From assembly GCA_027923505.1 (NCBI GenBank), contig BROI01000001.1:1240001-1304000 (forward strand): 64,000 nucleotides of DNA, written 5' to 3'. Below, piece by piece: positions 12,620-25,558 of the stretch (positions within the stretch are counted from its first letter, which is position 1; each line of letters opens with the position of its first letter). A program made the position numbers and the translations under genes. This stretch comes from Mayamaea pseudoterrestris (lineage: Eukaryota). A model generated the notes under the pieces. It had not been told where the DNA came from and did no database searches. It saw only the letters and a program-made list of their open reading frames with translations.

Positions 12620-12890
12620 TCCAGGCACATTGCAGTCTACTGAGACACCAGCCAGGCATACCATCTTGTAGCGCAGCCCTCCCGAAGAACCGGGCGAGAG
12701 AATTGTCCCCAAATACTGCACCCCTGAAACACCAGCCAAGCGTACCTCTGACAGTCAAAAAATGATGTTGGCACCATTCTGGTGTGATTTGGGACTATAC
12801 ATGCTTGCTTGGCATTTAACATCTGGCAGTGTTAAATGGACATTGCCATCTGAGAACGGCTGAGCGCACCTGAATAACAAGTTATCAACA
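12620..12890 (-). repeat. Diverged, inverted, dispersed copy of satellite A (~1.5 monomers)
   Basis: TGAGACACCAGCCAGGCATACCATCTTGTAGCGCAGCC and AATGATGTTGGCACCATTCTGGTG are reverse complements of monomer A. Confidence 0.85.
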
Positions 12891-13296
12891 CTTGCGTTGA
12901 ACGCAGTCTCTTCTTAGAATCGATACCGACGATTTCGATTTACCAGTGTAATGGTGTGTGTAATTGTGTACCGGTGAGTACAAGTTACGACACTTGAACC
13001 AGAGTGGTTAGTGTAATTTGTATGATACAGTTCGACCGAAGAGTGTCGCAACAAAAACTGACGACGGCGTATGATGCATGAATATACACAAATGAAAGTA
13101 CTGTATTGCACGTACAATGAAGCATTTTGTGAACATATATCACATTTTCTAATTACCTAGCGCCATAGAGATTTCGTGACCAATAGCAGCGCATCTTTCG
13201 TTATCAACCAGCTACAGGAAGCAACGCGCGCCACAGCCAAATTTGTTGTAGCTAATTCCACAAGTCCGCTCCAATATAACTTTACATGTTGGCTCA

Positions 13297-14355
13297 TTAC
13301 ACAAGATAATTTACCAAACCCATGATTGCCGCCGTCGCCGCAACCATTGTCATGAATGAACCCTTCAACGTTGTCGCGCCGCTGCTGTCTCGATCCGCAC
13401 CGCCCACCGTTGGCGAAAAGGTGCTTCCAGCTGCATCCAGCGTGGCAGTAGGTTCCATCGTCGGAAGAGGCATGGTGGGAGGAGCCGTCGGCGTACCAGG
13501 AGGAACCGTTGGAGCCGCGCTTGGAACGTCCGATGGAGCACTGGTGGTAGTTGTGGCAAGAGTTGGACTGCTGCTGGCCATGCTTGGTTCCGGTGATGAA
13601 GCAGCCATGGATGGAGGCATCGTGGGTGATGCAGCAGTCGGTGCAATGGTCGGGGCATCATCGTCAGTGTTGCTATTGTCGTCCGTTGCTCCGTTTGCGT
13701 TTGGTGCGTCCGTTGGTGACATGGCGTTGTTGTCGTCTCCGTTCATGGCATCATCGCCTCCATTCGTTCCATCGTCTCCAGGACTTGCACCAGCATCACC
13801 GGCCGCAGCTCCCGTAAATCCTTGATAGTAAAAGATGCTTTCCGAATCATCATTCGCAACAACGACTGTAACATCCAGCGTGACATCCGTCGCAGTATCG
13901 AATCGTAACGTTGCCGACGCTGACGTCTTTTCGTCGTTGTTGAAATGCGTCACTCCGCCCACTGGAGCAGCGCAAACGCCTGCATTTTGAACATTATCGG
14001 AAGGAGTCAATGCCGCCGTGTCTTGCACGTCGACATCCGAAGCTTCCACTCTCATCAATACGCCTTTGAATGGCGTTCCTCCAGTCGCCACGAGCGTCAA
14101 GACGGCATCCTTTCCAACCTCGATGACAAAATCATCACTTTCCGAAAGCTGCGTTCCATCCAGCAATACTTGAAAGCCAGCCTCCTCCAGCGACCCAGAG
14201 GTCAAGTCCTTGGAGCCATCCAAGTGCTCGCCTTGGACCGCCGCGCCTCCGCCACTGCATCCTCCAGCTCCAGTTGGAAAGGCAGTGGCGTAGTGGAATG
14301 TAGATGACGCCAGGAGAGATGCTGCTAGTAGTAATGTATTGATAGAGATTCTCAT
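13297..14355 (-). CDS. Secreted reeler-like domain protein with P/T/S-rich stalk and hydrophobic C-terminus (GPI-like)
   Basis: Signal peptide; FPTGAGGC...PFKGVLMRVE...CAAPVGGVTHFNNDEKTS; PT/PS repeats; terminal hydrophobic stretch. Confidence 0.75.
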   Translation of the reverse strand: MRISINTLLLAASLLASSTFHYATAFPTGAGGCSGGGAAVQGEHLDGSKDLTSGSLEEAGFQVLLDGTQLSESDDFVIEVGKDAVLTLVATGGTPFKGVLMRVEASDVDVQDTAALTPSDNVQNAGVCAAPVGGVTHFNNDEKTSASATLRFDTATDVTLDVTVVVANDDSESIFYYQGFTGAAAGDAGASPGDDGTNGGDDAMNGDDNNAMSPTDAPNANGATDDNSNTDDDAPTIAPTAASPTMPPSMAASSPEPSMASSSPTLATTTTSAPSDVPSAAPTVPPGTPTAPPTMPLPTMEPTATLDAAGSTFSPTVGGADRDSSGATTLKGSFMTMVAATAAIMGLVNYLV

Positions 14356-14894
14356 GATTGCTTATGCTTTCGCTTGCTATGTTAGCTGTTGGCGTGGACG
14401 AATGAATGACAATGAACGATGCAAACGAGCGCTAGCGTGCAAGATGAATAGATCGAAAGAAAAGCAACGGACGGATGATGGATCTTCCGCCGCGCCGTCG
14501 CGCCAATGACCAGTCGTGCGAAACGACTCGATGACGTACGCGAGAGAACTGTGGAGAATATAGTAGTACTTTTTAGCGTTCGATGTATTGATGATTCTAT
14601 TCACGACGGGTTGTATGCGCACGCCGTGAGTAGAGGCATATCTTTCTTCGTCATCAACAATCAAGCCCCTTCTCATCTGCGACATTGGGTCATTAGGATC
14701 TTCCGATCCCGCAACTTCTATGCATGCAGTAAGCGTAAACAAAACGATACAGTTAAAGCAATTCGATCGTACGCGAGCCTCATCGGAGGCACGAGCATCA
14801 CCCAGAATGACCCTTTGAATGACCCAATCGATCCAGCGAGTGTTGCGGAAGGCTTTCACCATGATGAGCCCACTGCCAGACGGATAGTCTGATC

Positions 14895-17800
14895 ATGCAG
14901 CAGCATTCAGTAACTACTAGCAGCAGAAATAGCAACGAGAAGAATCTATCAGTAGAAATATCGCCTCTCAAGTTGTCGAGTACTCGTAGCGTCAGCTCGA
15001 GTGGAAGCAGCAGCATGACGGACGAGGCAGTGAGTGACTGTGAGGATTCTCCGTCGGCTGCTGCAAATAATTCATCGTCATCCAAGACTACCAAGAGCAG
15101 CAGTAACATGAATGGCTTGAGCAATGTAAATAGCATTCCATTGATGAGTCGCTCCGTCCAGACGCCAGGCTTTGCTCCGACCAAACTCTTGACTCCCAAT
15201 CCGTACGCTGCCACGCGCGTCCTCAAGGGCGAGATTCACAACGTTTTGACAGTCATGCGGTCCTCCTCGAACGACTACGTTTCGCCGTTGAGATTTACTG
15301 ATGAGTTTCCCGAGAAGCAGACGCATCCGATTGCGGTGCAGTTGGAAAAGGTGCATGCCATGCTTTCGTCAATGAATAGTCATGTGACGAGTACTACTAC
15401 ATCAAGCAACAACAACAGCAGCAAGACGACGTCAAATACACCATCTCTAGCATCATTCAATAACGCAGACGCCTCCCAAGTACTCTTTGCGCAGCTTCCA
15501 ATTTTGCTAAAACCTTTTTGCAACGCTGTCAAGCACCGCGACGTACGCGCCGCCGTCACGGGCGCCTGCCTTGGCGCGCTGCACAAGTTTGTATCCTACG
15601 GTTTCCTGGATTTGTCGTCGGGCGGAGACTCGAGTCAGTCGCAACAGCAACAGCAGGCTGGACAGTTGCTCACCATGATTTCCGAAGCCTTGCTGGAGTG
15701 TCGCTTCGAGGAGGAAGTCGTGGAGCGACGGTCGGCGGCTGGAGTGGCGCGAGACTTGCTCGCCAGCGGCGTTCGGCAGCACCAAGCGAACAGCGCCGCC
15801 AATCACCGACAAGGAGCTTCGGCAATGAGTTACTCGTCGAATGCAACCTTTGCGTCGTCCAATAGCAGTTACATGGCGCTGACACCCGCTCAAGAGGAGG
15901 AGCATGTTGTTCTCAAACTACTAAGTTTGTCTGCCTTGATTGTTCGCTGTAGTTTGCAGGGACAAGCTTTGCTGAGCAGTCACTCCTTGGTCGGACTGCT
16001 GGAAACATGTTTGCACGTTTCGCACAAGGCCAAGCGGGCTAGTCCATTGTTGAAAAGTGCAGCAGCCGATGCACTCAGTGACATGGTCATGCAAGTATTT
16101 GCAGGAACGGGAGCGCCCATTCTACAGGCGCGTCACGAGATTTTGATCAAGCTGGTGGCGCTACTGAATCCGCACGACGCTTCCGGTCCACAAGTGACGC
16201 ACACGGCATTGACGTTGCTGAACATTGCGCTGGAGACACGTCGGGAGCCGCTCACCGAAGCCGACATTAGTATATTGCAAAACGACCTTTGCAAGTATTT
16301 GTTGCTAACGAGCGCAACGACGCGTGACATTTACACGTTGACATTGACGTTGCGAGTCATTTTCAATCTTTTCCAGTCCATTCGCAACCACTTGAAGGTG
16401 CCGCTGGAGGTTTTCTTGACGAGTGTTCACTTGCGCATTTTGGATTCGCCAACATGTTCGCCCGAGGAAAAGGAAGTGGCGCTGGAAAGCTTGCTCGAGT
16501 TTTGTCAGGAACCCGACTTGATGCAGGACATTTACTTGAACTATGATTGCGACGTTGCGTGCACTAACTTGTTTGAAGCTATTGTTCAGTCGCTTGGAAA
16601 AGTGGCACTACCGGGTGGATGGAACTTGGTGCTGGAGCAGGAGGATGATGCTTCGGAGCGTACCGACGAAGGCGACGTATTGATTGCTTCTGCATCGCAA
16701 AGAGGCAAGTCGAGCGATGGGGCGAGCGGCAAGGACGGAGCATCAAGTTCGACCATTGTAACGGCTGCGAGCTCGACTGCGGAGACGTCCAATGTCAACG
16801 GCACTGCCTTGTCAGTGGCGACGACGGCTCCAGTGCAGCACGTATTGCCAGCGTCACCACTCACGATACTGAACCGTCTCGCTCTGGATGGATTGTTGGC
16901 TATTCTGGATAGCATCTCGAAACGCTGCAATGTCAGCGACAAGGACTCGCGCATGTTACGAAAGGCTGAAAGCATAATTTCGAGCGCCGCATCTGTGACG
17001 AGTGGAATTGGATCGGATGATGGGATGGCGGATGTGCAAAATGGCGTTGACGAGGAAAAGGCCGACGACAATGATTTGACCGACAGTGACGTTTCGCTGG
17101 GTCATTTGGAGTTTGCCCCAGGACAGCGACCTGCGGCGGAGGATGAGCTGCGAGAGCGCAAACTTAAAAAGATGGCTCTTTCCAAAGTGGCCCGAGCATT
17201 CAACTTTAGCCCCATGTCGGCCGATTGGTTGGAGCTTGCCGTCCAGCAAGGCATTGTTCATAGTAAAGAGAGTGCCAAGGAAGTCGCCGATTTCTTTTAC
17301 TCGGCGCCGGGTTTAGACAAGGTCAAACTTGGTTTGTACCTCAGCAAGGGACCAGAAAAGGATTGGCCATTTGAGGCGGCTGTGCGCACGAGCTTTTTGT
17401 CGCTGTATGATTTCAAGGGACTCAGTTTTGCTCCCGCGCTACGCAAGTTCCTTTCCAAGTTTCGACTGCCGGGCGAAGCTCAATGCATTGATCGACTTAT
17501 GGAGGCTTTTTCTAAGGAATATTATCAGCAGGAGCCTTCGATATTTGCTAATTCCGATGCTGTTTATGTGGTGTCTTTTTCAACGATCATGCTTAACACG
17601 GACTTGCACAACCCGTCCATTTCGGAGGACAAGCGCATGACACTGCAGCAATTCATCAAAAACAATCGCGGCATAAATGACGGGTCGGATTTGCCGGAAG
17701 AATTTTTAATAAAGCTGTATGGCGCTATCAAAGAAAAGCCTATCCAAGTTCGAAAGGAAATGGACGAGGTTATGAAAAAGCGCGAACATGTAGACTTTAA

Positions 17801-20165
17801 ATCTGCCTTGGAAAATATACTCGCAAAATCTTCTGAAGTTGCAGACCCATTCTTTGGCCCAGCTGGTGAGCGCGTCCAAAGTGGAGCCGGCGTTCACGAC
17901 AAGGAAATGTTCATCGTTTTGTCGTCATGGTTGCTCAAAGATCTGACTGGCATCTTCCTTCGATCATGGGATGATGTGCTCGTCGTAAAGGCTGTGACAG
18001 GTCTTAAAGACATGGCCAAAGTTGCTGCCTATTTTGGTCAAGACAGAGCGGTGAATGATATTCTTCTCACTCTGCTACCGATGGGGCGCGACTACGTTAT
18101 GGGATGCGTTGCCTTAGACTACGTTTCTACAGCTGATAATGACAATGCTTCCATCATTTCTGGACCGAGGACAACATCGTCGATTGATGAAACCGAGACG
18201 GATGATGATACAACTTTCGATTCAGAGATGCCAATTCCGTACGGCTTGCTGTGTTCTGCATCGCCTGAGGGAAGAGTGGTTAACATTTACGGAAGCGCAG
18301 CGCATCGCGGTATCCTCGCACTTGATTGCAGCTTCGTAATCATTAGGACTTATGGATCGATGGTCACGACGGCATGGCCAAGCTTTGTCGAGTGTCTATG
18401 CGCTTTACGAGACGCACGCGCTCTCCCATTGGGGCTGGCTGATCTTGATGATTTTGCGGATAGCAATGGCAATGTCTTGCCGCTCTCGCCTTTTGCAAAG
18501 TCATCGCATAAACGAATGGCGGACTATTACAAATCTCAAGCTGACCCAGAAACTCCAAAGAAGAATCAAAAAGGCTGGTTTGGATCGCTGTTCCGCAAGC
18601 AGGATGTTGACAAAGACGGCGAATCTGTTGACGAAGGCAGTGTGCACAGACGTCATATGTCGACCTACACGAAGGCGCTTCTCGGCATTGCTGAAGCAGC
18701 AGATGTCGAAAATGTTATTCAAATGGGTTCGACGAAGCTGCCTGTCGCAGAACATACGATCAAGGCACTATTGGAAGCTGTTGGGCATTACCCGTATCGT
18801 GATGATCCGGTGCTGGAGCAGCATGCAATTTTTTCGCTGGAGCTTGCTGCGCGCGCTCTACTGTCGAACAGAAAGCAAGCCACCGCGTTGTTTCCACTCT
18901 TTCTGTCAACATTTGAATCTATTTTGACTGGTGTCGATGATGTAAATCCTCGTGCGCCGTTTGTCGTTGAACGCGTGGCTGTGACCGTCCTTCGCTGCTG
19001 CATTCACCTATATGATCTTCCAGAGGTAAGATCAGTTGCGCGAGCGAGTGCAATGATTCATGTTGCTATATACTAACTTGTTGTTTTGATTCAGCTTCGA
19101 CCTCATTTAAGATCATCACTGCATTTGCTAACGATGGCGCTTCCACGTAGCTTCGTCAAGGAAATATCGGATCGGGTGGCATGTGGACTAGCAATTATCG
19201 TCAGAGCCAGCTTCCACTTTTTTGAGTCTGCGAACGAATGGGTATTTGTCGGAGATACACTTGACGTTCTTGCACACTACCAGAATGCCCGGGTGTTTGT
19301 ATTTGACGGAATTGCCTCAACTGTGGAATACGCAATTCCAGCAGCTGACGCGAAAATGTCGGGAATCCTTGAGCGTGATCGGCCAAATCTTTCTACGCTT
19401 GCATGTGGCGCTCTTGCTCGAATCCTCATTCGATTCGTTCTTGGTTTCTACCAGAACGATTTGTCGCTTTCGATCCCCGCTCTGCTCTGCTTGGAAAAGG
19501 TCTATCGCTACAATAACGAGCTTCTGCTGCAAGATAGGGAATCCAGGAAAGATGCAACTGCTGCTATTGACCATGCCTCGGTTGTCGTGGACCCGGAGCT
19601 TTGGCAGAATGTGGCAGTTGCAATGTATTCTGCGTGTCGGTCTACCGACGATGATTTGTCTCGACGCGGAGCGGACTGTTACCAGCGCCTCATTTTACAA
19701 ACAAACGTTGAGCAGATCCCGGATGAGAAGTGGATTGCCATTTTGTACCTCATGGTGAATAAACAGCCACCGCTGGTTGCTGAAGACAGCCGCATCAATA
19801 CTTTCTCAGTGCTCGTAAAGCTGCTCTGCAAGGTACTTCCCGTACTTAGCCACAAGCCCGAGAACCGCGAGGATCTGCATGATTTAGTAGGCACCGTGGC
19901 TGCGCTCGCTAGGGATAATTTGAAACATGGCCGGAAGGGCGGCATAACACCATTGTTTGAGCAAACACTGCAGACTGTCACGTACATGTCGAACCACATG
20001 ACGACGGACGAGTGGAATGGCGAAGCAGAATTCAGTGCTTGGGCCAGCGAGACAATGTTGGCGGAGCTAGAGAAAGTTGGTGCTGCAGGAAACTCTGCCA
20101 GAAATAAAGCTGCGATTATGCCGAGATTAGCGAGCGTTAGTGAAGTCAAAGCCGAAAGCGCGTAG
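14895..20165 (+). CDS. GBF1: Large Sec7 ARF guanine-nucleotide exchange factor, GBF1/GNOM type (exons 14895-19025, 19095-20165)
   Basis: Sec7 motifs FRLPGEAQCIDRLMEAF and FSTIMLNTDLHNP; HUS box YLNYDCD; DCB-like N-terminus; GTAAG...TTCAG intron keeps frame. Confidence 0.92.
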
Positions 20166-20416
20166 TTGCTGACGGCTTGGACGAATGTTGATGGGGTACA
20201 AGCAACCGCAGCATTTCGGTGGACTATGGGAAAAATTATATTAACCTTGTCGTCGAGTCTCATGGCCACCGGTATAAGATTATGTAAGATTGTTAAATCA
20301 CAAAGGATTCTGTAGTGTATGTGAACTATTCATTCTATTGAACTGACATTGAGTGTGAAAAATTCTAGTTGCTTTTGCCGAACCTGCAGCCACAATGTTG
20401 CAGCATTCCAAAAGTA

Positions 20417-22562
20417 TCAACAGCAATGTGCGACGCTCTTGAGACATTCGTATGCGTCTTCCGTCTGCACTAGACCAAAGCCGTAGTAGATGTCTTTTCC
20501 TGGCGCACCCAAGTCCTTTGCAGTGCTCGCTAGGCAGGCGACAATATCTTTGTTTTTGCAGTTGCGACAGGATCGCCAAAGTGCAGCGACTGCTCCGGCT
20601 GTAACACACGATAAGAGTTTTCAGAGAAGTTTAGCCAGGGTACCACAAAGGTCGCAGCAGTGAAGCAACATTACTCGCAAAGAAATACGTACTAACGTGC
20701 GGCGCTGACATGGACGTCCCGCTAAGCTCAGCATATCCACCCTTATCAGAGACGATATGCACTTCCGCCTGCGCAAATTTTCTTTGGAGAGCCCTACCGG
20801 TTGCCAAATCCGCGCTCAAGACAGGAATGGTCACCTGTCCATCATCGGGTATCCATCCGGAAAAGGACCCAGTGACATTGTTGAAAATAATGGCAGCGTT
20901 GCCACCGCCATGTTGACAGTTTATAACCTTTTCTTGGAAGGTATTGATGCCGCGCTTTATGATACAGATGCCACCAGTAGAACGTTTGCACTTTGTGAGT
21001 CCAGTTCCGCACGATTTGATCTTGCCAGTAACCCCACTTTGTGGAAGGCGTGGTGAGTTGGCCATGAAGACGGACGAGAACCTGTCGCCAGTCGGAGTAG
21101 TGATCGTTGCGGTCGTCGCGCCCGGAACAGTGGATAGGACGCCCACTCCCGGTGCCGCCAAGTCAACAAGGTTGTTAAAATTGGAAAAGCTAGCCACTTT
21201 GCTTGACGAGTCAACGGCGGCAATGGACAAGACGGACGTGTAGCATGCCGGGTAACGACAAATTGATTCTCCGTCGTTCCCCGCCGCAGCCACCAGGATG
21301 CGATTATCCTTGTCATATGCATCCGCAAAGACTCGCGCCGCAGTTGTATCGTAAGTATCGCCTGATAAACTCATGTTGATCACGTTTGCGCCGTTTGCGA
21401 TGGACCACTTGACGGCTGCCAAAATGCTGGAAAAGGACGCTCCGCCATCATCTCCAAAAACGCGAGCAATAATGTAACAAACATTCGAGTCTGGTATCAT
21501 ACCAACGACACCAATATTGTTGTTTCCGAGTGCGCCGATCGTGCCGGCAACCTGAAAGAAGTGAGAGCGTTGCTGTCAGTCGAACTGCCTGCACTTTTTG
21601 TAGTAAATATCGTTTCGACCCAACGTACATGGGTTCCATGGTCGCGGGTCGGATTGTACCATTTCTCGTCAGAGCTCAATCCAAAGGTGCTATCAAATTA
21701 AAACGACGGACAATCACATGAGAGACGAAGGGCACGAAAATGAACCAAGGCACATTCATACTGTAGCATACCTTCCCAAACAGTTTGTCGCGTCGGGAGT
21801 CGAGCAAGACAAGTCTGGATGCCCAACGTCAAATCCTGCGTCAATGATACCAATTTTGAAGGATCGTTTCTTGCTACAGTTGTTTGGTAAATTTGAATTG
21901 GGCAGTCTGTTTCCGCCTTGAGCGAGCTTGATGCCATACGGCGTGACTTGATTGACAAGCTGGTTTGGCGCAACCTGCTGATCCTCTTCCACAAAGTCAA
22001 TGTGTTTCGCATAATTTTCGATCAGGGCGACGAGTTTGTACTTTGGAAGCGTGACTGCAATGGAGTTGACTTCGCCAAAGTCATGCTTTTCGTGAGTCAT
22101 TTCGTCAAAGGCAGCCCGTATAATTTGCTGTCGGCCCTTGAGCGTCTTGTAACCGATAAAGCAGCTGACGAGATCGTTGGGATTTCCTTGATATAGACTC
22201 TGAATGAATTGTTTTTGTTGTTTTACCTGCTGGATTGTTGCATCGTCTGCTTGGCCACTTTCAAGCTGTCGTCTCGCGTGATCCGCAGCGGCAAATTCAT
22301 CATGTTTCCGTCGAATCTCCTGGTCGAGTGCATTGTCCCAGACAAGGTCGCGACTCCATTGATCGTGAAGGGCGTCGGCGTCGTACTTGTACTCGTGCAG
22401 CTCGATTGGAGACTCGTCGTTGTCATCATCAAGTTGGAAATCGACGTCATTTGCTCCAGCTTCTGCTCCTCCTTGACTTTCTTCATTTACAGCGACTAAA
22501 CCATGTACAATTATTGACAATAACCATAGCAGCAGCCATTTGTTCCTGTACACCGCCCTCAT
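20417..22562 (-). CDS. Secreted S8 subtilisin-like serine protease with propeptide and PA-domain insert (4 exons)
   Basis: Signal peptide; triad motifs IGIIDAG, DHGTH|VAGTIGA and GTSMSAPHV|TGAVAALW; oxyanion motif AAAGNDG; PA insert ICIIKRGINTFQEKVINCQHGGGNAAIIFNN; ends DLGAPGKDIYYGFGLVQ...CC*. Three GT-AG introns restore frame. Confidence 0.92.
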
Positions 22563-23239
22563 GGTGTTTCAAGTGTGTTTCGCCGAGTGAAATGAACGCG
22601 CACCAGTCGCGTAAAGCGAAATCCAAAATGCTCAACGCATCGCGCACCTCGTGCATCTGAAAAAAAGCTCATTGATTCATGGAAAAGTGACGCAATGTAC
22701 AAGGTTTTGCACATTGAATTCCTTGATGACATGATTGGTACATCGAAAACCTCGTCAATTTTGAATTTGGATGCATTTTGTATTTCGCCTTTGTTCCTTA
22801 TCGCCGTCTCGCCGACCGGAATCGAGTGCAGAGACGAGCGAGAGGTTTGCGATTGATAGCTTGACCTCGAAACTATTTTGCCTTGCTATAGCATAACCTG
22901 CCAGAATCGAAACAACTGCAGTAACGACGAGGTTGCTGGTGACATGTTGTGCATGTTGTACGATCGAACTGTTCGTGTGCAGTCGCGGTTCACGCAAATG
23001 GCAAGCCACAAGGACGCTTAGTAGGCAGCTCTGCCGGCAAGTTAATACAAAGCTTCGGTGCAACCAAATGGCCATCAATTAATAAGCGTAAGTATATGGT
23101 CGTAAAGCAGTGTAGCTATTGGTAAAGATTTGTCTTTATGTAAGTTTATACTGTATTTGGGAGGAGGACGACCTCTCTACATTCATGTCCGTCCGAAGCG
23201 CCGCACCGTCGCATAGCCCTTGCTGCCGTTCGAGCTTCC

Positions 23240-24472
23240 CTAGACGCTGCCAGATCCCGAGCTAGAGTTAATGACAGAGCCCGACCCTGATCCAGATCCA
23301 GATCCAGATCCAGATGCACCCTTGCTTCCAGTTTTGCTACCCTTGGAACTGCTGTCTCCTTTGCTTCCCTTAGAGCTGCTGTCGCCCTTGCTTCCCTTGG
23401 AGCCCTTGCTGCTGCCTCCCTTGCTTCCCTTGGAGCCCTTGCTGCTGTCGCCTCCCTTGGATCCCTTGCTGCTGCCTCCCTTGCTTCCCTTGGATCCCTT
23501 GCTGCTGCCTCCCTTGCTTCCCTTGGAGCCCTTGCTGCTGCCTCCCTTGCTGCTGCCTCCCTTGCTGCCCTCCTTGCTGCCCTTTGATGACTTACTGCCT
23601 CCCTTGCTGCCTCCCTTGCTGCCCTTCGCTACCTTGCTTCCAGAACCACTCTTGCTGCCCTTCGCTGACTTGCTGCCGCCCTTGCTTCCTTTTGCTGACT
23701 TGCTGCCGCCCTTGCTTCCTTTTGCTGACTTGCTACCGCCCTTGCTTCCTTTTGCCATCTTGCTTCCACCCTTGCTTCCTTTTGCTGACTTGCTACCGCC
23801 CTTGCTGCCCTTTGCTGACTTGCTGCCTCCCTTGCTGCCCTTCGCTGCCTTGCTTCCAGAGCCGCCCTTGCTGCCCTTGGCTGCCTTGCTTCCAGAACCG
23901 CCCTTGCTGCCCTTGGCTGACTTGCTACCGCCCTTGCTGCCCTTGGCTGCCTTGCTTCCAGAGCCGCCCTTGCTTCCCTTTGCTGACTTGCTGCCGCCCT
24001 TGCTGCCCTTGGCTGCCTTGCTTCCTGAGCCGCCCTTGCTGCCCTTGGCTGCCTTGCTACCAGAACCACCCTTGCTGCCCTTGACAGCCTTGCTTCCAGA
24101 GCCGCCCTCGCTGCCGCCGCTGGAGCCTCCACTTGATCCTTTTGGTGCCATTGTCTCAAGGTCTGGTGTTGACATGCCTGCGCTGCCAGTCACTCCCTGG
24201 CTGCCAGTCACTCCTTGGCTGCCTGGCATTGCACTGCGTCCGCCCTTGCTCACAGATCCTTCAACACCGGCCATACTCATGCTCATACTCATTGACATGC
24301 TCATTTCATATAGTGACCGGCTGTCGAAGAGGTGTTCCTCGGCGCGTAGAGCTCCGCCGCGCACGCCGCCGACAAGGTAGGCATCGCGACGCTTGCGTTC
24401 GGGGAGGTCGGCTTGTTGTGCGTTGGCAAAGACCGCGGCGAGGGAAAGGAGAGTGACTTGGACAAACTTCAT
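23240..24472 (-). CDS. Secreted G/S/K-rich silaffin/cingulin-like protein (410 aa)
   Basis: Signal peptide MKFVQVTLLSLAAVFANA; RSL followed by MSMSMSMSM; many KGSKGGSK (KxxK) repeats. Confidence 0.8.
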   Translation of the reverse strand: MKFVQVTLLSLAAVFANAQQADLPERKRRDAYLVGGVRGGALRAEEHLFDSRSLYEMSMSMSMSMSMAGVEGSVSKGGRSAMPGSQGVTGSQGVTGSAGMSTPDLETMAPKGSSGGSSGGSEGGSGSKAVKGSKGGSGSKAAKGSKGGSGSKAAKGSKGGSKSAKGSKGGSGSKAAKGSKGGSKSAKGSKGGSGSKAAKGSKGGSGSKAAKGSKGGSKSAKGSKGGSKSAKGSKGGSKMAKGSKGGSKSAKGSKGGSKSAKGSKGGSKSAKGSKSGSGSKVAKGSKGGSKGGSKSSKGSKEGSKGGSSKGGSSKGSKGSKGGSSKGSKGSKGGSSKGSKGGDSSKGSKGSKGGSSKGSKGSKGDSSSKGSKGDSSSKGSKTGSKGASGSGSGSGSGSGSVINSSSGSGSV

Positions 24473-25300
24473 GTTGATGGTAGTAGCTGTTGTTGTTGGC
24501 TGTTGGTTGGCTTGTCGAGTGGCTGAATTATCGAATTGTGAGATGATGGTCAATGTTTCGAAAAAGCATTCTGGACGAGAACATGTGTGTTGACGTGTGC
24601 CGTAGAACGAAGTTGGCGAGTCGATTTCGTCTTCGATGCTGCTCCACATATCGAACGGCAATGCAACGATCTCCAACAGCGACAAACGAGCATGATTGTT
24701 TATGTCGAAAGTCGAGCGGACGAAAGCATCATGGTGGCGGCCGAAATTCGCCATCGAGTTGTAAGTGGTTTCGTCGAGCGTCTCGCCCGGCTCGAATCGC
24801 GCCGGCCGCTCTCATTTTGTGTCGTAGCGGTTCTTGCTGGCAGCGAGCACGATCGTCGTTTGTTCCGGCTCACCTCGAGGACGGAGCTTTTCGTTGTGAT
24901 ACCGCGGTGAATGGCCGGCAGCCAACCGATGGCGATAGAGTCCATGGCTCTATGCTCCTCTGAGACGTCGCTCCAAGCAGTGGTGGTGGCAGCTTGTATG
25001 TAACTCCGTATACTTGCGTCTGTGTCTATAGCTTCTTGACTTGGAATGAGGAAGGGCACTACGATACGAATGCGCATCGAGTGGCAATAGGATGACTCGA
25101 ATGACGGAAACTAAATGACAAGGCGTAAATATCGTAATAGGAAACAACCTTTGAACTTATACAATAAAAATTAATATTCGTACAACATGCGCACACGTTG
25201 AGAAACATCCACCGTTAACCACCACTGCTCAAAGCAAGCGATAGTGCTGCTGCCCCATCACTCAAAGAGCGAAGCGATTACACTCTCACTCTCGCAGGAA

Positions 25301-25558
25301 TTAGTTGCGTGCGCGGACTCTCTTCATGCCCTTGGGACTCTTCATGGCCGGTTCTGGAAGTGGTGGCATGCTCATGCTCATGCTCATCTGCAGAGAGCGG
25401 TGGGCTTCCTCAAAGAATGACGCCGACTGTCCTCGGACCTTTTCCTCACCGTAGATTTGGGTGATGAGTAGTTCCTCGCGGTTTCCACGCTCTGGGGCAG
25501 CTTGGGATGAGCCAATGGTGCAGAGGAGGGCAAGTGCGCTGATGATGGTGAACTTCAT
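25301..25558 (-). CDS. Small secreted RxL/MSMSM protein (85 aa); probable relative of the 23240-24472 gene
   Basis: MKFTIISALALLCTIGSSQA-APER...VRG...HRSLQMSMSMSMPP...KSPKGMKRVRARN; same layout as its neighbour. Confidence 0.72.
   Translation of the reverse strand: MKFTIISALALLCTIGSSQAAPERGNREELLITQIYGEEKVRGQSASFFEEAHRSLQMSMSMSMPPLPEPAMKSPKGMKRVRARN

Noticed and set aside
23271..24380. 369-aa Pro/Leu-rich ORF on the + strand
   Set aside because: Antisense shadow of the GGC/AGC/AAG codon repeats of the K/G/S-rich gene, which has the signal peptide.
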